The notes beneath the pieces were generated by a model. The model did not search any database. It saw only the letters and a program-made list of their open reading frames with translations, and had not been told where the DNA came from. Made by a program: the position numbers and the translations under genes. 64,000 nucleotides of DNA from a virus. Taxonomy: Duplodnaviria > Caudoviricetes. The stretch spans positions 96,001 to 160,000 of IMG/VR virus record IMGVR_UViG_3300014204_000112, one strand, 5' to 3'. Of the stretch, positions 10,580-21,004 are shown in pieces (position 1 is the stretch's first letter; each line of letters starts with the position of its first letter).

Positions 10580-11088
10580 AGACTCGAGAATCAAATGGAA
10601 TTAAAGACTTTCTAAAACCGAGAAATGGAGAAAAGCGGCCAAGACAAGGATATTTCAAACCAGTAAACACGGAAAAATACATGGGAGATATTTCTCGAAT
10701 TATTTTTAGAAGTTCATGGGAATTCAAGTTCTTGAAGTGGTGCGATCTCAACCCAACCATCCTACGATACTCTTCCGAACCAATCGGAATCATTTACTAC
10801 AATCCATTGGACAAACGACCCCATCGATATTACGTCGATTTTTTCGTTATCACCAAGGATCAGGATGGTGTTGAACAGAAGTGGCTTATCGAGGTGAAAC
10901 CGAACAAGTACATCGTTCCGCCAAAAGCCCCGGACAGAATGACCGACAAACAGACTGCGAATTACGTTTGGGCAGCAAAACAGTACATAATGAATCAGGC
11001 GAAATTCGAAGCTGCTAAAGCTTTCGCTGAGCAGAAGGGAGTTAAATTCGGGATCATTACTGAAAACTTTCTGTTCAAATCCATATAA
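10576..11088 (+). CDS. head completion nuclease (T4 gp4-like, TnsA fold)
   Basis: KYMGD..IIFRSSWE, YSSEP, YYVDF, IEVKP, NQAKFEAA. Confidence 0.85.
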   Translation: MKTRESNGIKDFLKPRNGEKRPRQGYFKPVNTEKYMGDISRIIFRSSWEFKFLKWCDLNPTILRYSSEPIGIIYYNPLDKRPHRYYVDFFVITKDQDGVEQKWLIEVKPNKYIVPPKAPDRMTDKQTANYVWAAKQYIMNQAKFEAAKAFAEQKGVKFGIITENFLFKSI

Positions 11089-11096
11089 AAGAAGTA

Positions 11097-11744
11097 ATGA
11101 AACTCAAAGTAATAAAGGACTTCATAGATCTCGACCAAATAGAACCATTTCCATACGAGGGGACCTCTTACTATTTCGATACGGAGAGAGTTCCGGTTAA
11201 TTTTGCCAGGTTACTCCCAGGGTATTTTTACACGTTCGTTTCGATTGCAAATGCAGTCGAGGATGAGCTGCTTAGTTTGGACGAATATCAAATTGGCCCA
11301 AAATCAAAGAAGCCGTATTTTGATCGTCGCCCAATATTTTTATCCCTTGGTCAGGAAGGGCCGATGGAAGTTGGGCTGAACGTTAAGTTGATGCCTTTCA
11401 AACTCAGAAGGTGGTTTCTTCAAAGGTACTTGAAGCACATCTATCCAACCATGGTAAAGCTAGTGGATGAATCTGGCGATTTAGCAACGCTGAATTCTCG
11501 CATTAGAATGCAAGAAACTGCATCTCTTTATGGGATCAACCGACAATTCGTTAGGGCCATATCCGAACAGACAGGCCTTAAATTAGAATTCCTGGTTGAT
11601 AAATATACAAGAGGTGAAATGGGGAATCCGTTAGCCCTAATCGATTGGGACCAAATTATTAAAATGGGTCGGTGCAATTACATTCACGACAAATCGATAC
11701 TGTCTAAGACCCCAATTTCGTACTTCTTGACAAAATTTACATGA
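11097..11744 (+). CDS. DNA end protector-like (T4 gp2-like)
   Basis: YFDRRP and GLNVKLMP resemble gp2 motifs; adjacent to gp4-like gene. Confidence 0.45.
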   Translation: MKLKVIKDFIDLDQIEPFPYEGTSYYFDTERVPVNFARLLPGYFYTFVSIANAVEDELLSLDEYQIGPKSKKPYFDRRPIFLSLGQEGPMEVGLNVKLMPFKLRRWFLQRYLKHIYPTMVKLVDESGDLATLNSRIRMQETASLYGINRQFVRAISEQTGLKLEFLVDKYTRGEMGNPLALIDWDQIIKMGRCNYIHDKSILSKTPISYFLTKFT

Positions 11745-11750
11745 TAATAC

Positions 11751-13445
11751 ATGGCAGGATTTTTAGAAGGTAACCCAATGAAATCTCTCAGGTCCAGATT
11801 AACGGAACTGAGCAGGTTCGGCCTTAAATACGACGACTTACTTATTAAGAACTCGCAGGCAATCGGTTTTATCGAAAGCCAATTGGGCGGTTCCGGCGGT
11901 GGTTTTGCTACCGACGATTTAATGAGGGCAACGGTCGCCCTAGCGGACACAACTTCCGCCTTGAAGACCAAAGCGATCGCATTCTTTCAAATGGACTACG
12001 TTTCCAAGCGTGAAAGATTGAGGGACATCGCATCCAGCGGAGAAATCGAATTCGTTCTTGAAACAATTACTGACGACGCTATCGTCTACGATCCTGACAA
12101 CCGTTTCTGTTATGCAAACGACCTCATCGGGGAAATGCAATACTTGGGAGACAACAAAAAGAATCGTCTCGAGTACCAGGAACGAATCGTCAATGCTTAC
12201 AATTCAGCTTTTTCCAAAATTTACAGTCGCTGGGGATTCGATCAGGGAATTTCAGCATGGCAGTATTTCTATCAGTGGCTGATTGAAGGACACCTAACAT
12301 TCGAAATCATTTACGACGATGTATTGAAGCCAACTGAAATCATTGGTTTCAAGGAACTTGACCCAGCCAGCCTCTATCCTGAATTGAAAAAGGATAATGA
12401 AGGCAAGATGGTCCTCATGTGGTCCCAGCGTGATCCTCTTACGAAGCAAATAAGAACATTAGCCGACTCACAGATCATTTACATATCGTACTCGAATCAC
12501 ATGAGGACGAAACGTGTAAGCTTTGTTGAACGTTTGGTGAGATCCTTCAACATGCTGAGGATCATTGAGCACTCGAAGGTCATTTGGCACACAATGCATG
12601 CTCCTATTCGTCTCGTTACTACTGTTCCTATTGGAACCAAGTCAATGCAGAAAGCTAAGGAGGACGTTCGTGAATTCACGAACACTCTGAAGGAAGATAT
12701 TTACTTCGATGGAGAATCTGGAGAACTGAAAGTTGATGGTAAGCCAAACATTCTGTTCTACAAGAACTATGTGGTTCCAGTAAACGATCAGCAACAGCAA
12801 GTAAAGATCGAATCTCTCGAATATGCAGGTCCAAATCTTTCAGGTTCGGAACTTCTCAAGTACTTCCATGAAAAACTGAAGATGGATTCGAAAATTCCTA
12901 ACTCCAGGTACACTGAGGGTGGCGGAACGTTCACTTTATCAACTGAAGGTATTTCCAGGGAAGAAATTCGTTACAACAAGTTCATTTTACGTTTGAGATC
13001 AGCTTACAAGGAACTTATCACCAAACCTCTGTACTTGCAGATGTGCATGGACGTCAAGGAACTTCGCAACGACCCAAAATTCAAGAACTCCATTGGCGTA
13101 ACTTGGTACGATGATAACGTATTCGAGGAAATCAAGAACCAGGATCTCTTGAACAAGAGAATCGCAGCAATCAATGCTCTGAAGGCAATCACGAACGACG
13201 AAAATCGTCCGTACTTCTCGTCAGACTTCCTCGTACGGGAATACTTGAAGTTAAGCGATCAGGTAATTCAGAAGAACGCAGACTACTTGGCAAAATCAAA
13301 GGGCAAAACATCGGAAGGTCAACCAGCTGAGGTTGAAGTTCCTGCTGGTGGTCCTCCTCCTGCAGCACCACCTCCTGCTGAAAATCCAGAAGAAGGTGGA
13401 GGTGAAACTAAGAGTGAAATGGGAACTCCTGAAGGAGGTCTATAA
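11751..13445 (+). CDS. portal protein (T4 gp20-like)
   Basis: 564 aa; WLIEGHL, ELDPASL, KIPNSR, ISREEIRYNKFILRLR, YDDNVFEEIK. Confidence 0.85.
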   Translation: MAGFLEGNPMKSLRSRLTELSRFGLKYDDLLIKNSQAIGFIESQLGGSGGGFATDDLMRATVALADTTSALKTKAIAFFQMDYVSKRERLRDIASSGEIEFVLETITDDAIVYDPDNRFCYANDLIGEMQYLGDNKKNRLEYQERIVNAYNSAFSKIYSRWGFDQGISAWQYFYQWLIEGHLTFEIIYDDVLKPTEIIGFKELDPASLYPELKKDNEGKMVLMWSQRDPLTKQIRTLADSQIIYISYSNHMRTKRVSFVERLVRSFNMLRIIEHSKVIWHTMHAPIRLVTTVPIGTKSMQKAKEDVREFTNTLKEDIYFDGESGELKVDGKPNILFYKNYVVPVNDQQQQVKIESLEYAGPNLSGSELLKYFHEKLKMDSKIPNSRYTEGGGTFTLSTEGISREEIRYNKFILRLRSAYKELITKPLYLQMCMDVKELRNDPKFKNSIGVTWYDDNVFEEIKNQDLLNKRIAAINALKAITNDENRPYFSSDFLVREYLKLSDQVIQKNADYLAKSKGKTSEGQPAEVEVPAGGPPPAAPPPAENPEEGGGETKSEMGTPEGGL

Positions 13446-13571
13446 TGGGAGCAAAGAAACAAGGCAAAAAAGGCAGGACGAGATATTCGTTCTGCCATTT
13501 TTATGAGTACTATCTTAATAAGTTGGGTAAATTCAAGCAGCCTAATCACGTGGTGAAGGCTGATCCGGATC

Positions 13572-13946
13572 TTAATCCTCGTATAGGGCTGCAAACGACC
13601 GTCGACCGTTGATGGAAATGTCCAATCCCAACCCTACCTTATACAAATCGGAAACATCGTCAAGATTGAAAGCAGTTGGAACTATTTCGAACTGTTTTGC
13701 GAGCATAACATAGTCCTGAATCTGTTCAGCGGCTTCCTTTTCCAATAAATTCAATGGGTATCCTTCGAATTCGAATAAGTATTTCGTAGCATCGAGGCCG
13801 AACGAAGGTTCTCCCAAAACTTCTCCTTTTTTCGTGAGGATAGTCATTCTAACTTGCGTGATCGTATTCTCGATGTCATTTCTTGACTCGAAAACTTCCG
13901 GTATGTAGTTCGGATCGTCCGTTGCTCTGAAATAAAAGTCAGTCAT
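13572..13946 (-). CDS. gp25-like baseplate wedge protein
   Basis: ILTKKGEVLGEPSFG...YLFE motif. Confidence 0.75.
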   Translation of the reverse strand: MTDFYFRATDDPNYIPEVFESRNDIENTITQVRMTILTKKGEVLGEPSFGLDATKYLFEFEGYPLNLLEKEAAEQIQDYVMLAKQFEIVPTAFNLDDVSDLYKVGLGLDISINGRRSFAALYED

Positions 13947-13947
13947 G

Positions 13948-14679
13948 TTAGAAGTGGACTAAGTAAAGCCAGTCTGGAGTATTTTCTCCCTTCATCATTT
14001 CAAGAACTGCCGCGAATTCAGCATCAGCTTTAGTAACGAAGGTATTGTAATTCGGTCTTATGCCGCCTGGCAGATTGTAATCGAAACTGGTAAGAAGTTC
14101 GCCAAGACGAGTCTTTGCTTTGGCCCTTACGTACCTCTGGAACATTTCGTCCTCATAAAGGTACTGCTCTTCGATCTTTTTTGCTACTTGCATTACCATT
14201 TTAGTTGGGGTTCTGCCAGTTATGGAAACGCATTTCGTATTCTTGTTGTAATCGAACGCTACTGTGTCGAGAATGAAGTTCTTGGTGATGTCAAGGAAGG
14301 AGAACAGAACTGTCCTGTACACCAGGGATTCGCCAATGAACGGCGTCAAGAAAACTTCGGATCCAATGAACTTGTTTTCTGCGAAATCACGGTCAATCGT
14401 TCCGAATATGGAATTTCCCTTAGGTTCCTTCACTTCGTGAACAAACTGAACGCAATCAGGCATCCTTATCGTCCTTGACTGTTTGAACCTATTGTTGGCG
14501 AGTAATTCGTTTGGAATCAAAAGGTATCGAGGCTCAACTGCATGCCTCCAGTTATCGTAGAAGTATCGTTCTGCGTTTATAATGACTCGCTCTATTTCCG
14601 CGTCCGGAATCGAATACGGGAGAGCCTTTGCCAACGTAAGTTCATTCTTGATGTCGATTAAGAGTTCGGCTCTTGTCAT
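13948..14679 (-). CDS. neck protein (gp13-like, putative)
   Basis: YVRAKAK..LG...LPGGI C-terminal signature. Confidence 0.55.
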   Translation of the reverse strand: MTRAELLIDIKNELTLAKALPYSIPDAEIERVIINAERYFYDNWRHAVEPRYLLIPNELLANNRFKQSRTIRMPDCVQFVHEVKEPKGNSIFGTIDRDFAENKFIGSEVFLTPFIGESLVYRTVLFSFLDITKNFILDTVAFDYNKNTKCVSITGRTPTKMVMQVAKKIEEQYLYEDEMFQRYVRAKAKTRLGELLTSFDYNLPGGIRPNYNTFVTKADAEFAAVLEMMKGENTPDWLYLVHF

Positions 14680-14695
14680 TATTCGTAGTTAATTT

Positions 14696-15160
14696 TTATG
14701 CTGTCGCTCCGGCCGGATTCATTGGTTGGCCTGCTGGATTTCCGCCTATTCCTGGAGAATTCTGTGCAGCTTGAGCTGCAGTAGGAGCGGCTGTGGTCGT
14801 TTGAGTTGTTGCTTTTGATTGCTCTGCTGCTAGCTGTTGTTCCAGCTGATTTTCTTGTAATTGCAGGTCACTATAAGCTTTCTGAGCTTGAGTCAGAGCT
14901 TCTAACGCTTGCTGAATCTTAGGTTTAAGCGCGTTCAATTGTGTCTGAATAGAATTTGCGTCCTCATTGATTGGATTATCGACTGTTGCAGAATAATCCG
15001 GAACATTTGTCGTAAGAGTAGTTAGATCAGCTTTCTTTACTTGATCAACGAACTTTTCTTTCTTCTGTGGATCGACGTTGTCCCCCTTCAATGCAGTCTT
15101 TGGATCCTGTAGGGTATCTGTTTTTGAAAACTGGTCGAAGTTCATTACTTTATCTGCCAT
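14696..15160 (-). CDS. hypothetical coiled-coil protein
   Basis: 154 aa; TAAATA upstream. Confidence 0.65.
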   Translation of the reverse strand: MADKVMNFDQFSKTDTLQDPKTALKGDNVDPQKKEKFVDQVKKADLTTLTTNVPDYSATVDNPINEDANSIQTQLNALKPKIQQALEALTQAQKAYSDLQLQENQLEQQLAAEQSKATTQTTTAAPTAAQAAQNSPGIGGNPAGQPMNPAGATA

Positions 15161-15178
15161 TTGGTTCGATACTTTTTG

Positions 15179-15928
15179 TTATTTATTAGACTCTCCTTGG
15201 AGGTACTCATTGAACGATTTGACATGTTTCTTTTTGGTCAGTTCGCCAGGGTTCCTTCTGAATTGAGTCACGTTGTTCGAAGGGTTAAGGTCCCATCTCG
15301 AATAAGGAGCCGAATTAGTCCATTGATTTGGGATTGCTCCGAGGTTGGTGCTGATTGGGGTCGGAGACACGTTAGGACCTGTGCTCTGATCGAAAGATGC
15401 AGCAGGCACCGAATACGTTCCGCTAGCTTCTTCCGAAACTATCTTCCACATTTTTTCTTTGTCCACCTGTCTCGGTAAACCAGCAAAGAATTTTTCCTTA
15501 TCCATGTTCTTAATAAATTTTCGCATGTCGGTACCAGACACACCCTCAGGTCTCTTCGTGGTAATACGGTTGATTTTGCCTATATTTCCAGCGAATCGTT
15601 CAACCGTGTCAAACCTATTCATATCCGAGTCTAATGAATAAATGTTCAGAACGCAGTCCTTAGCATCATCTTTCTTTCCAAGCAAGTCAATGAATCCGTA
15701 AGCCGTTTTTACTGGAGAACCCTTGGCCAAGTCGATCGATACTGACTTATCGTCTGAGAAGTACTCCTTCAACATCTGTACGGCCATAGCACCGGTCACT
15801 CCATCCATTTCTATTGGAGAAATGAACACGTGTGTTTCATCATTATGACCAGCTATCTTTTTGATGGCTTCATAATGACCTACATGAGGTGGCTTGAACT
15901 TTCCAGTGATGATTCCGACTTTCTTCAT
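15179..15928 (-). CDS. HIGH-family nucleotidyltransferase (cytidylyltransferase-like)
   Basis: GKFKPPHVGH and VSGTDMR motifs. Confidence 0.75.
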   Translation of the reverse strand: MKKVGIITGKFKPPHVGHYEAIKKIAGHNDETHVFISPIEMDGVTGAMAVQMLKEYFSDDKSVSIDLAKGSPVKTAYGFIDLLGKKDDAKDCVLNIYSLDSDMNRFDTVERFAGNIGKINRITTKRPEGVSGTDMRKFIKNMDKEKFFAGLPRQVDKEKMWKIVSEEASGTYSVPAASFDQSTGPNVSPTPISTNLGAIPNQWTNSAPYSRWDLNPSNNVTQFRRNPGELTKKKHVKSFNEYLQGESNK

Positions 15929-15934
15929 CGACGA

Positions 15935-16456
15935 TTAGACTTTTAAGTTCTGTGAAGCACGGATCAAGCACTCTGCCATGTAATGCGTGCATTCCTTCAG
16001 GAACGTTTCGTAGGTCTGATTAGGATCTTCCGACGTCTCGTAGAGGTGAGCTTCCTTGATGAGAATTTCGTTACAGATTTGCTTGATTGCATTCTTTGCA
16101 TTCTCGGATAAAGTGTCCGGGTGATCTGAACAACCTTCGCAAGGCTGAGTCATTTCTTCTGGTTCCTTAAGCATATCCTCTTCGTTCACTTCTTCAGTAT
16201 TATCCTCCTGCTCTTGATCTTCATCTTCTCTGATAGGAGTTTCAGCTACGTGCGATTGAAAGTCCTGAAAGCTTTCGAAAACTTTGTGCTTTTCGAGTTC
16301 AGTTGTCATTTCTTGTTCATTATTTTGATTTTCATCTGCTGAATCCTCACCAGAAATCCGTTCCTCTGTAAGAGTAGCATTGTCTTCATCCGTTATTTCA
16401 GGACCGAACTTCTTTAATACGAATTCAGGGAGTTTGAATTTTCCGAATTTCCCCAT
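15935..16456 (-). CDS. hypothetical acidic protein
   Basis: 173 aa; TAAATA upstream. Confidence 0.65.
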   Translation of the reverse strand: MGKFGKFKLPEFVLKKFGPEITDEDNATLTEERISGEDSADENQNNEQEMTTELEKHKVFESFQDFQSHVAETPIREDEDQEQEDNTEEVNEEDMLKEPEEMTQPCEGCSDHPDTLSENAKNAIKQICNEILIKEAHLYETSEDPNQTYETFLKECTHYMAECLIRASQNLKV

Positions 16457-16556
16457 ATACTTCAGCTATTTACGGTTATTTATCCGAAGAAATTACCTTC
16501 TTCCGGATAAAATCCGTATAGCCTCGGTCATGTTGGTTAGCGGGTTGTTATGTGGC

Positions 16557-16790
16557 ATTAAGGGAGCATCGGTAATTCTAACCAGTGGGTTACTTCCTCA
16601 ATATTTCTACCACTTTCAGTCAACCAAAAAAACTGACCTTTATCTCGGTAGTCTAAACCATCTTCTAAATCATTCATTTCACAAACGTGCCATCTTCGTA
16701 TATCATACATTCCTTTATCAATTCCACTTACAAGTACATATTTACCATATTCAGGTAAATCTCTATATGTTTCAATTTTTTTGGTGTCAT
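16557..16790 (-). pseudogene. DUF551-like small gene with two apparent 1-nt deletions, inside a gene cassette
   Basis: Fragments LPEYGKYVLVSG... and ...VTHWLELPMLP* lie in different frames, with breaks at A-runs. Confidence 0.5.
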
Positions 16791-16800
16791 AATAATTTTA

Positions 16801-16925
16801 GCCACATAACAACGTGTATAAAACGTTGCCTTTCGTGGTCTTTTTTTAGTTTATACTAAATTTATAATTTTGTTCATTCTATTAAGTTCTATGTTGGCAA
16901 CGTTTCATACACGCAGCCGTTATAC
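16801..16925 (+). repeat. attC-like integron cassette recombination site
   Basis: CACATAAC...CGTGTATAAAACGTTGCC / GGCAACGTTTCATACACG...GTTATAC imperfect inverted repeat. Confidence 0.6.
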
Positions 16926-17138
16926 AACATTTATAAAATCCTCTATCCTTTGATTAACCCTCTTTAACTTTGAGTGATTTTCATCATTGTGATAAATCAA
17001 TTTTTTTCTACAATATTTTTCGTAGTTGCGTCCTCGTTCAGAGTTCATCCATTTTTCTTTTTGTAATAATCGTTCTTCGAGAATTGATTTTATTTGTTTT
17101 AAATCACTCAAAGTCATCGTTTCAATGTTTAATTCCAT
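16920..17138 (-). CDS. hypothetical cassette-borne protein (MELNIETMTL...)
   Basis: AT-rich ORF bounded by complementary GTTATACAAC / GTTGTATAAC cores. Confidence 0.6.
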   Translation of the reverse strand: MELNIETMTLSDLKQIKSILEERLLQKEKWMNSERGRNYEKYCRKKLIYHNDENHSKLKRVNQRIEDFINVV

Positions 17139-17149
17139 ATAAATAAAAC

Positions 17150-17245
17150 GTTGTATAACAAGGCATATATGTAATACCCTATTAAGGTTTGTACTATATT
17201 TTAAAGTTTCTGCATCAGGTACTGTATATATACCGACCGTTATAA
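17150..17245 (+). repeat. attC-like integron cassette recombination site
   Basis: TGTATAAC...GGCATATATGTAATACC / GGTACTGTATATATACC...GTTATAA. Confidence 0.6.
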
Positions 17246-17268
17246 GCAAGGCGGGAAGTTTTTCATAT

Positions 17269-19245
17269 TTACTTTATTGATAGGCAGTCCTCTTTCGCCT
17301 TTTTCGTGATCACCAGGTGATCTCCTTCTTTGACCGTATTGTCTACATAGGCCTCGGCTATGAGGTCTTCCAGGTGTGACTGAATGACTCGTTGTAATGG
17401 TCGAGCTCCGAACTTTTCATCGAAACCCTTTTCGATAAGGAACTCTTTTGCTTTGTCCGTGATTTCGACGAAGTAACCGTTCTCTTCAACTCTTTCCTTC
17501 AGGCTTGCAAGTTCGATGTCAATGATCTTTCCGATGTCGTCTTTCGTGAGAGAGTTGAACGTGATGATGTCATCGATACGATTGATGAATTCTGGGGCGA
17601 ATTGCTTGCTTACTGCCTTTCTTAGAACTTCGTTTGCAAGTTGCTTTTGCCTTTCTACTTGGTCGGCAGTTGCGAAACCTATTCCAGTTCCAAAATCTTG
17701 CAAAGTTTTGATACCAACATTCGATGTCATAATGATCACTGTGTTCTTGAAGTCGACAGTTTTACCCAAACCGTCAGTCAAACGACCATCATCGAGAACT
17801 TGGAGTAGCATGTTGAATATGGATGGATCAGCTTTCTCAATTTCGTCGAGAAGGACCACTGAATATGGTTTGCGTCTTACTTTTTCGGTCAACTGGCCTC
17901 CGCTTTCGTATCCAACGTATCCCGGAGGAGCTCCAGTGATTCGACTGCCTGAGAATTTTTCGCTATATTCGGACATGTCAATGCGGATCAGAGCATCTTC
18001 TGAGTTGAATAGGAACTTTGCTAACTGTTTTGCTAGCTCGCTCTTACCTACACCGCTTGGTCCAATGAAAAGGAACGTACCGATGGGCTTTTTCTTTGAT
18101 TTTAAGCCTGCACGTGAACGTTTTATCGCTCTCGTTAGCTTATGGATGGCATCGTCCTGACCGACTATGAATTTTCTTAGGGATTCTTCCATTCCAGCCA
18201 ACTTTTGTATGTCAGTTCCAGTCATTTTGCTGACTGGGATGCCAGTAATGTTCGAAACTAGCTTAGCAATATCGTCTTCGTTCACTGCAAGGCGATTCGC
18301 TTTAAGAGTTTTTTCCCATTCTCTTTTTGCTTCCGCTATTTCTTCGGCAACCGCTAATGCTCTATCACGTAATTTCGCCGCAGCTTCATACTGCTGTGAA
18401 TTGACAGCATCGTTCTTTTGTTTGATGATTCCTGCTAGCTTTTCTTCGAGATTTTTGATGTTTGCGGGAACAACCACACCGCTTATGTGAACTGTCGCTC
18501 CAGCTTCGTCCATCAGGTCGATTGCTTTGTCCGGAAGCCACCGATCTTGAATGTATCGTTCACTGTACTTGACGCAAGCGTCCAATGCATCGACTGTGTA
18601 CCTCACGGAGTGATGGTCTTCGTACTTTTCTTTGATATTCTCGAGGATTTCTCGAGTTTCTTCCGATGTCGGAGGATTTATGATGATCTGTTGGAACCTA
18701 CGGCTTAAAGCGCCATCCTTTTCGATGGAATTACGAAATTCGTCGATAGTTGTAGCTCCAATGCACTGAATTTCACCACGAGCTAATGCAGGCTTGAGAA
18801 TATTGGCAGCATCGAGCGATCCGCTAGCTGCTCCGGCTCCAACTAGAGCATGAACTTCGTCAATGAACAGAATCATGTTCCTATTGTTCTGAACTTCCTG
18901 AATTATCTGTTCCATGCGCTGTTCGAACTCACCGCGATACTTAGTCCCGGCAACGAGGTTGGCAAGTTCGAGAGCAATGATTCTTTTTCCCAATAGAACC
19001 CTTGGACAGGTCCGGTTAGTGATCATTGCTGCTAAACCCTCCACTATCGCAGTCTTACCTACTCCAGGTTCGCCAATTAGTAATGGATTGTTCTTTTTGC
19101 GTCTCGAAAGTATCTGACTACACCTTTTTATCTCGGCAATTCGCCCAACAACTGGGTCAAGCTTACCGTCGAGTGCAAGTTGAGTCAAATCCTTACCAAA
19201 TGCGTCTACTAGTGGAGTTTTAGTATTTTGCGCTATCTTTACCAT
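17269..19245 (-). CDS. ClpC-like AAA+ chaperone lacking the N-terminal Clp repeat domain
   Basis: GEPGVGKT and GPSGVGKS Walker A; RRKKNNP; YEAAAKLRD UVR motif; FGARPL. Confidence 0.9.
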   Translation of the reverse strand: MVKIAQNTKTPLVDAFGKDLTQLALDGKLDPVVGRIAEIKRCSQILSRRKKNNPLLIGEPGVGKTAIVEGLAAMITNRTCPRVLLGKRIIALELANLVAGTKYRGEFEQRMEQIIQEVQNNRNMILFIDEVHALVGAGAASGSLDAANILKPALARGEIQCIGATTIDEFRNSIEKDGALSRRFQQIIINPPTSEETREILENIKEKYEDHHSVRYTVDALDACVKYSERYIQDRWLPDKAIDLMDEAGATVHISGVVVPANIKNLEEKLAGIIKQKNDAVNSQQYEAAAKLRDRALAVAEEIAEAKREWEKTLKANRLAVNEDDIAKLVSNITGIPVSKMTGTDIQKLAGMEESLRKFIVGQDDAIHKLTRAIKRSRAGLKSKKKPIGTFLFIGPSGVGKSELAKQLAKFLFNSEDALIRIDMSEYSEKFSGSRITGAPPGYVGYESGGQLTEKVRRKPYSVVLLDEIEKADPSIFNMLLQVLDDGRLTDGLGKTVDFKNTVIIMTSNVGIKTLQDFGTGIGFATADQVERQKQLANEVLRKAVSKQFAPEFINRIDDIITFNSLTKDDIGKIIDIELASLKERVEENGYFVEITDKAKEFLIEKGFDEKFGARPLQRVIQSHLEDLIAEAYVDNTVKEGDHLVITKKAKEDCLSIK

Positions 19246-19447
19246 TTATTTCCTTTTACAATTTTCGAAATGCCATCTGTACATGCCATTAGTTTTTCCA
19301 GAAACTCCGCAGTATGGGCAAGTTACCATCTATTCGTTGTCCTCTACGATACGGAGGTGAAGTAACTACAAGTTGAACAGATTTATCATCAATCTGTTTC
19401 ATCATTTCAATAGTATCTCCACAATATATTTTATTGATTTCTAACAT
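19246..19447 (-). pseudogene. deletion scar: N-terminus of an amino-DNA methyltransferase joined to a homing-endonuclease C-terminal zinc finger
   Basis: 19447-19289 [11 protein letters not shown]...VVTSPPY; 19329-19246 [21 protein letters not shown]. Confidence 0.65.
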
Positions 19448-19463
19448 TCTACTATTTTATCTC

Positions 19464-19763
19464 CTATTCTAACGTATATCTTATTTCTTTAGGAGCATTA
19501 ATAATCTTTATTGATTTTCTATCTACTCCCCTCATCAACTGTTCTGCCATATCTTCAATAAGAAGATTAATAAATAAATCATCAAAGTTAGGCATCATAT
19601 TATAAACTATATTATCACCTTCTTTTGTAACATATTTCCATCCTCCAAAATGATCATTATCCTTTATTAATATGATTTCCCCGTCAAATTTGACGATGAG
19701 ACCATGTTCTTCACCAACCATACTAAAATGGTCTTGGATGTATTTTTTTAATTCCCTTTTCAT
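19464..19763 (-). CDS. hypothetical protein (AT-rich)
   Basis: 99 aa ORF. Confidence 0.55.
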   Translation of the reverse strand: MKRELKKYIQDHFSMVGEEHGLIVKFDGEIILIKDNDHFGGWKYVTKEGDNIVYNMMPNFDDLFINLLIEDMAEQLMRGVDRKSIKIINAPKEIRYTLE

Positions 19764-19875
19764 TTTACAACTATATTTTTTATATTATCGTATTTCTTAT
19801 CAGCTATATTCCTATTCTTAAATCTTGGATCAAAAGTAACTTCTATTCCGTTATTAATTCACCAACTCTTCACGA

Positions 19876-20508
19876 CTAATCCCACCACCCTTTCAGACCG
19901 CTCCCGTCAAACCATTTATACCAAAGATTCTCAGCTTTTTTCTCTTCATCGGTCATATCTTTGATATACTCAGAATAATCATCGTAGTCTTGACCTTCGA
20001 GGATTCTGAACAGTTCTTTCCAAGTATCTTTTTCGATTTTACGAGATAATTCAAAAAGGGCCTTATTTTTGACTTTTTCTTCTTCAGTTTCATCGTCGAG
20101 AAGAGCTACCATTCCTTTTTCGTCTGGTTCTCCGAAATTCCAACGACTTACGAGCTCGTATCCCAACTCCTTTTCTGCAAGTTCAATAAAGTCATCCTCG
20201 ATGTGATGTTCGAGAATTTCGATTGCCCTATGCATTTTTTCAATCTTTTTGTTGCGAGATTCTTCGATTTCGTAACCGTAAAATTCCAAGTAGTTTGCAT
20301 TACGCTCCAGGTTTTTCTTGAGCATACGAAGTGCACCATTGCTGTCGAACTTGTAGTTATTCCAGAGTTCTTTCCTGAATTGCCAAACGTTAGTGCAGAA
20401 ACGCGGAATATCGTACCTGCACAGGTCGATAAGCTTCCAGTACCACCGATTGTGGATCCGGAGCTTCCTGAGGCTCTTTGTAAATGTGTCCGCAAATACG
20501 ATATTCAT
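19876..20508 (-). CDS. hypothetical protein
   Basis: 210 aa ending GWWD. Confidence 0.7.
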   Translation of the reverse strand: MNIVFADTFTKSLRKLRIHNRWYWKLIDLCRYDIPRFCTNVWQFRKELWNNYKFDSNGALRMLKKNLERNANYLEFYGYEIEESRNKKIEKMHRAIEILEHHIEDDFIELAEKELGYELVSRWNFGEPDEKGMVALLDDETEEEKVKNKALFELSRKIEKDTWKELFRILEGQDYDDYSEYIKDMTDEEKKAENLWYKWFDGSGLKGWWD

Positions 20509-20525
20509 GATTAGTCATCTTTTTA

Positions 20526-20975
20526 TTATTTACCTTCGGCATCGATGGCGTGCCGATCTTCGGCTATTCCACGTAAGAAGGCACGAATGTTCATCTTAGT
20601 TTCATGTTTCAATTTTCTTCTGAACCTATGTGCTTCTCTGTCAACTATTTCGTTCATCAGTGCATACGCTGCTTGATAGAACCATTGCGAATGAAAGCCT
20701 CTATGGTTGTCAACGTAAACCATGTAATCTTTCGAGTCGCTTTTGATCGTGATTATGAGGTCCTTTAGAACTATGAGCGTTTCATTGTCAACCCTGTCGT
20801 ACCGAATTGCTTCAGGATGCTTCTTAGCTTCGCCAACGACGAGATCAAAAATTTCTTTTTGCTCGAAATTCAAGGTTTTCATGGCGGATTTCTCCAACAT
20901 GTGTCTACGCTTGATACGTGTTTTAACGTTCATGCGTTTTACTTTGTATTGCAATTTTTTTAGCATTTTGTGCAT
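20526..20975 (-). CDS. hypothetical protein
   Basis: 149 aa; GGTATAAT -10 element upstream. Confidence 0.7.
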   Translation of the reverse strand: MHKMLKKLQYKVKRMNVKTRIKRRHMLEKSAMKTLNFEQKEIFDLVVGEAKKHPEAIRYDRVDNETLIVLKDLIITIKSDSKDYMVYVDNHRGFHSQWFYQAAYALMNEIVDREAHRFRRKLKHETKMNIRAFLRGIAEDRHAIDAEGK

Positions 20976-21004
20976 GATATTGCTTTGTACTATTATACCA
21001 AAAA

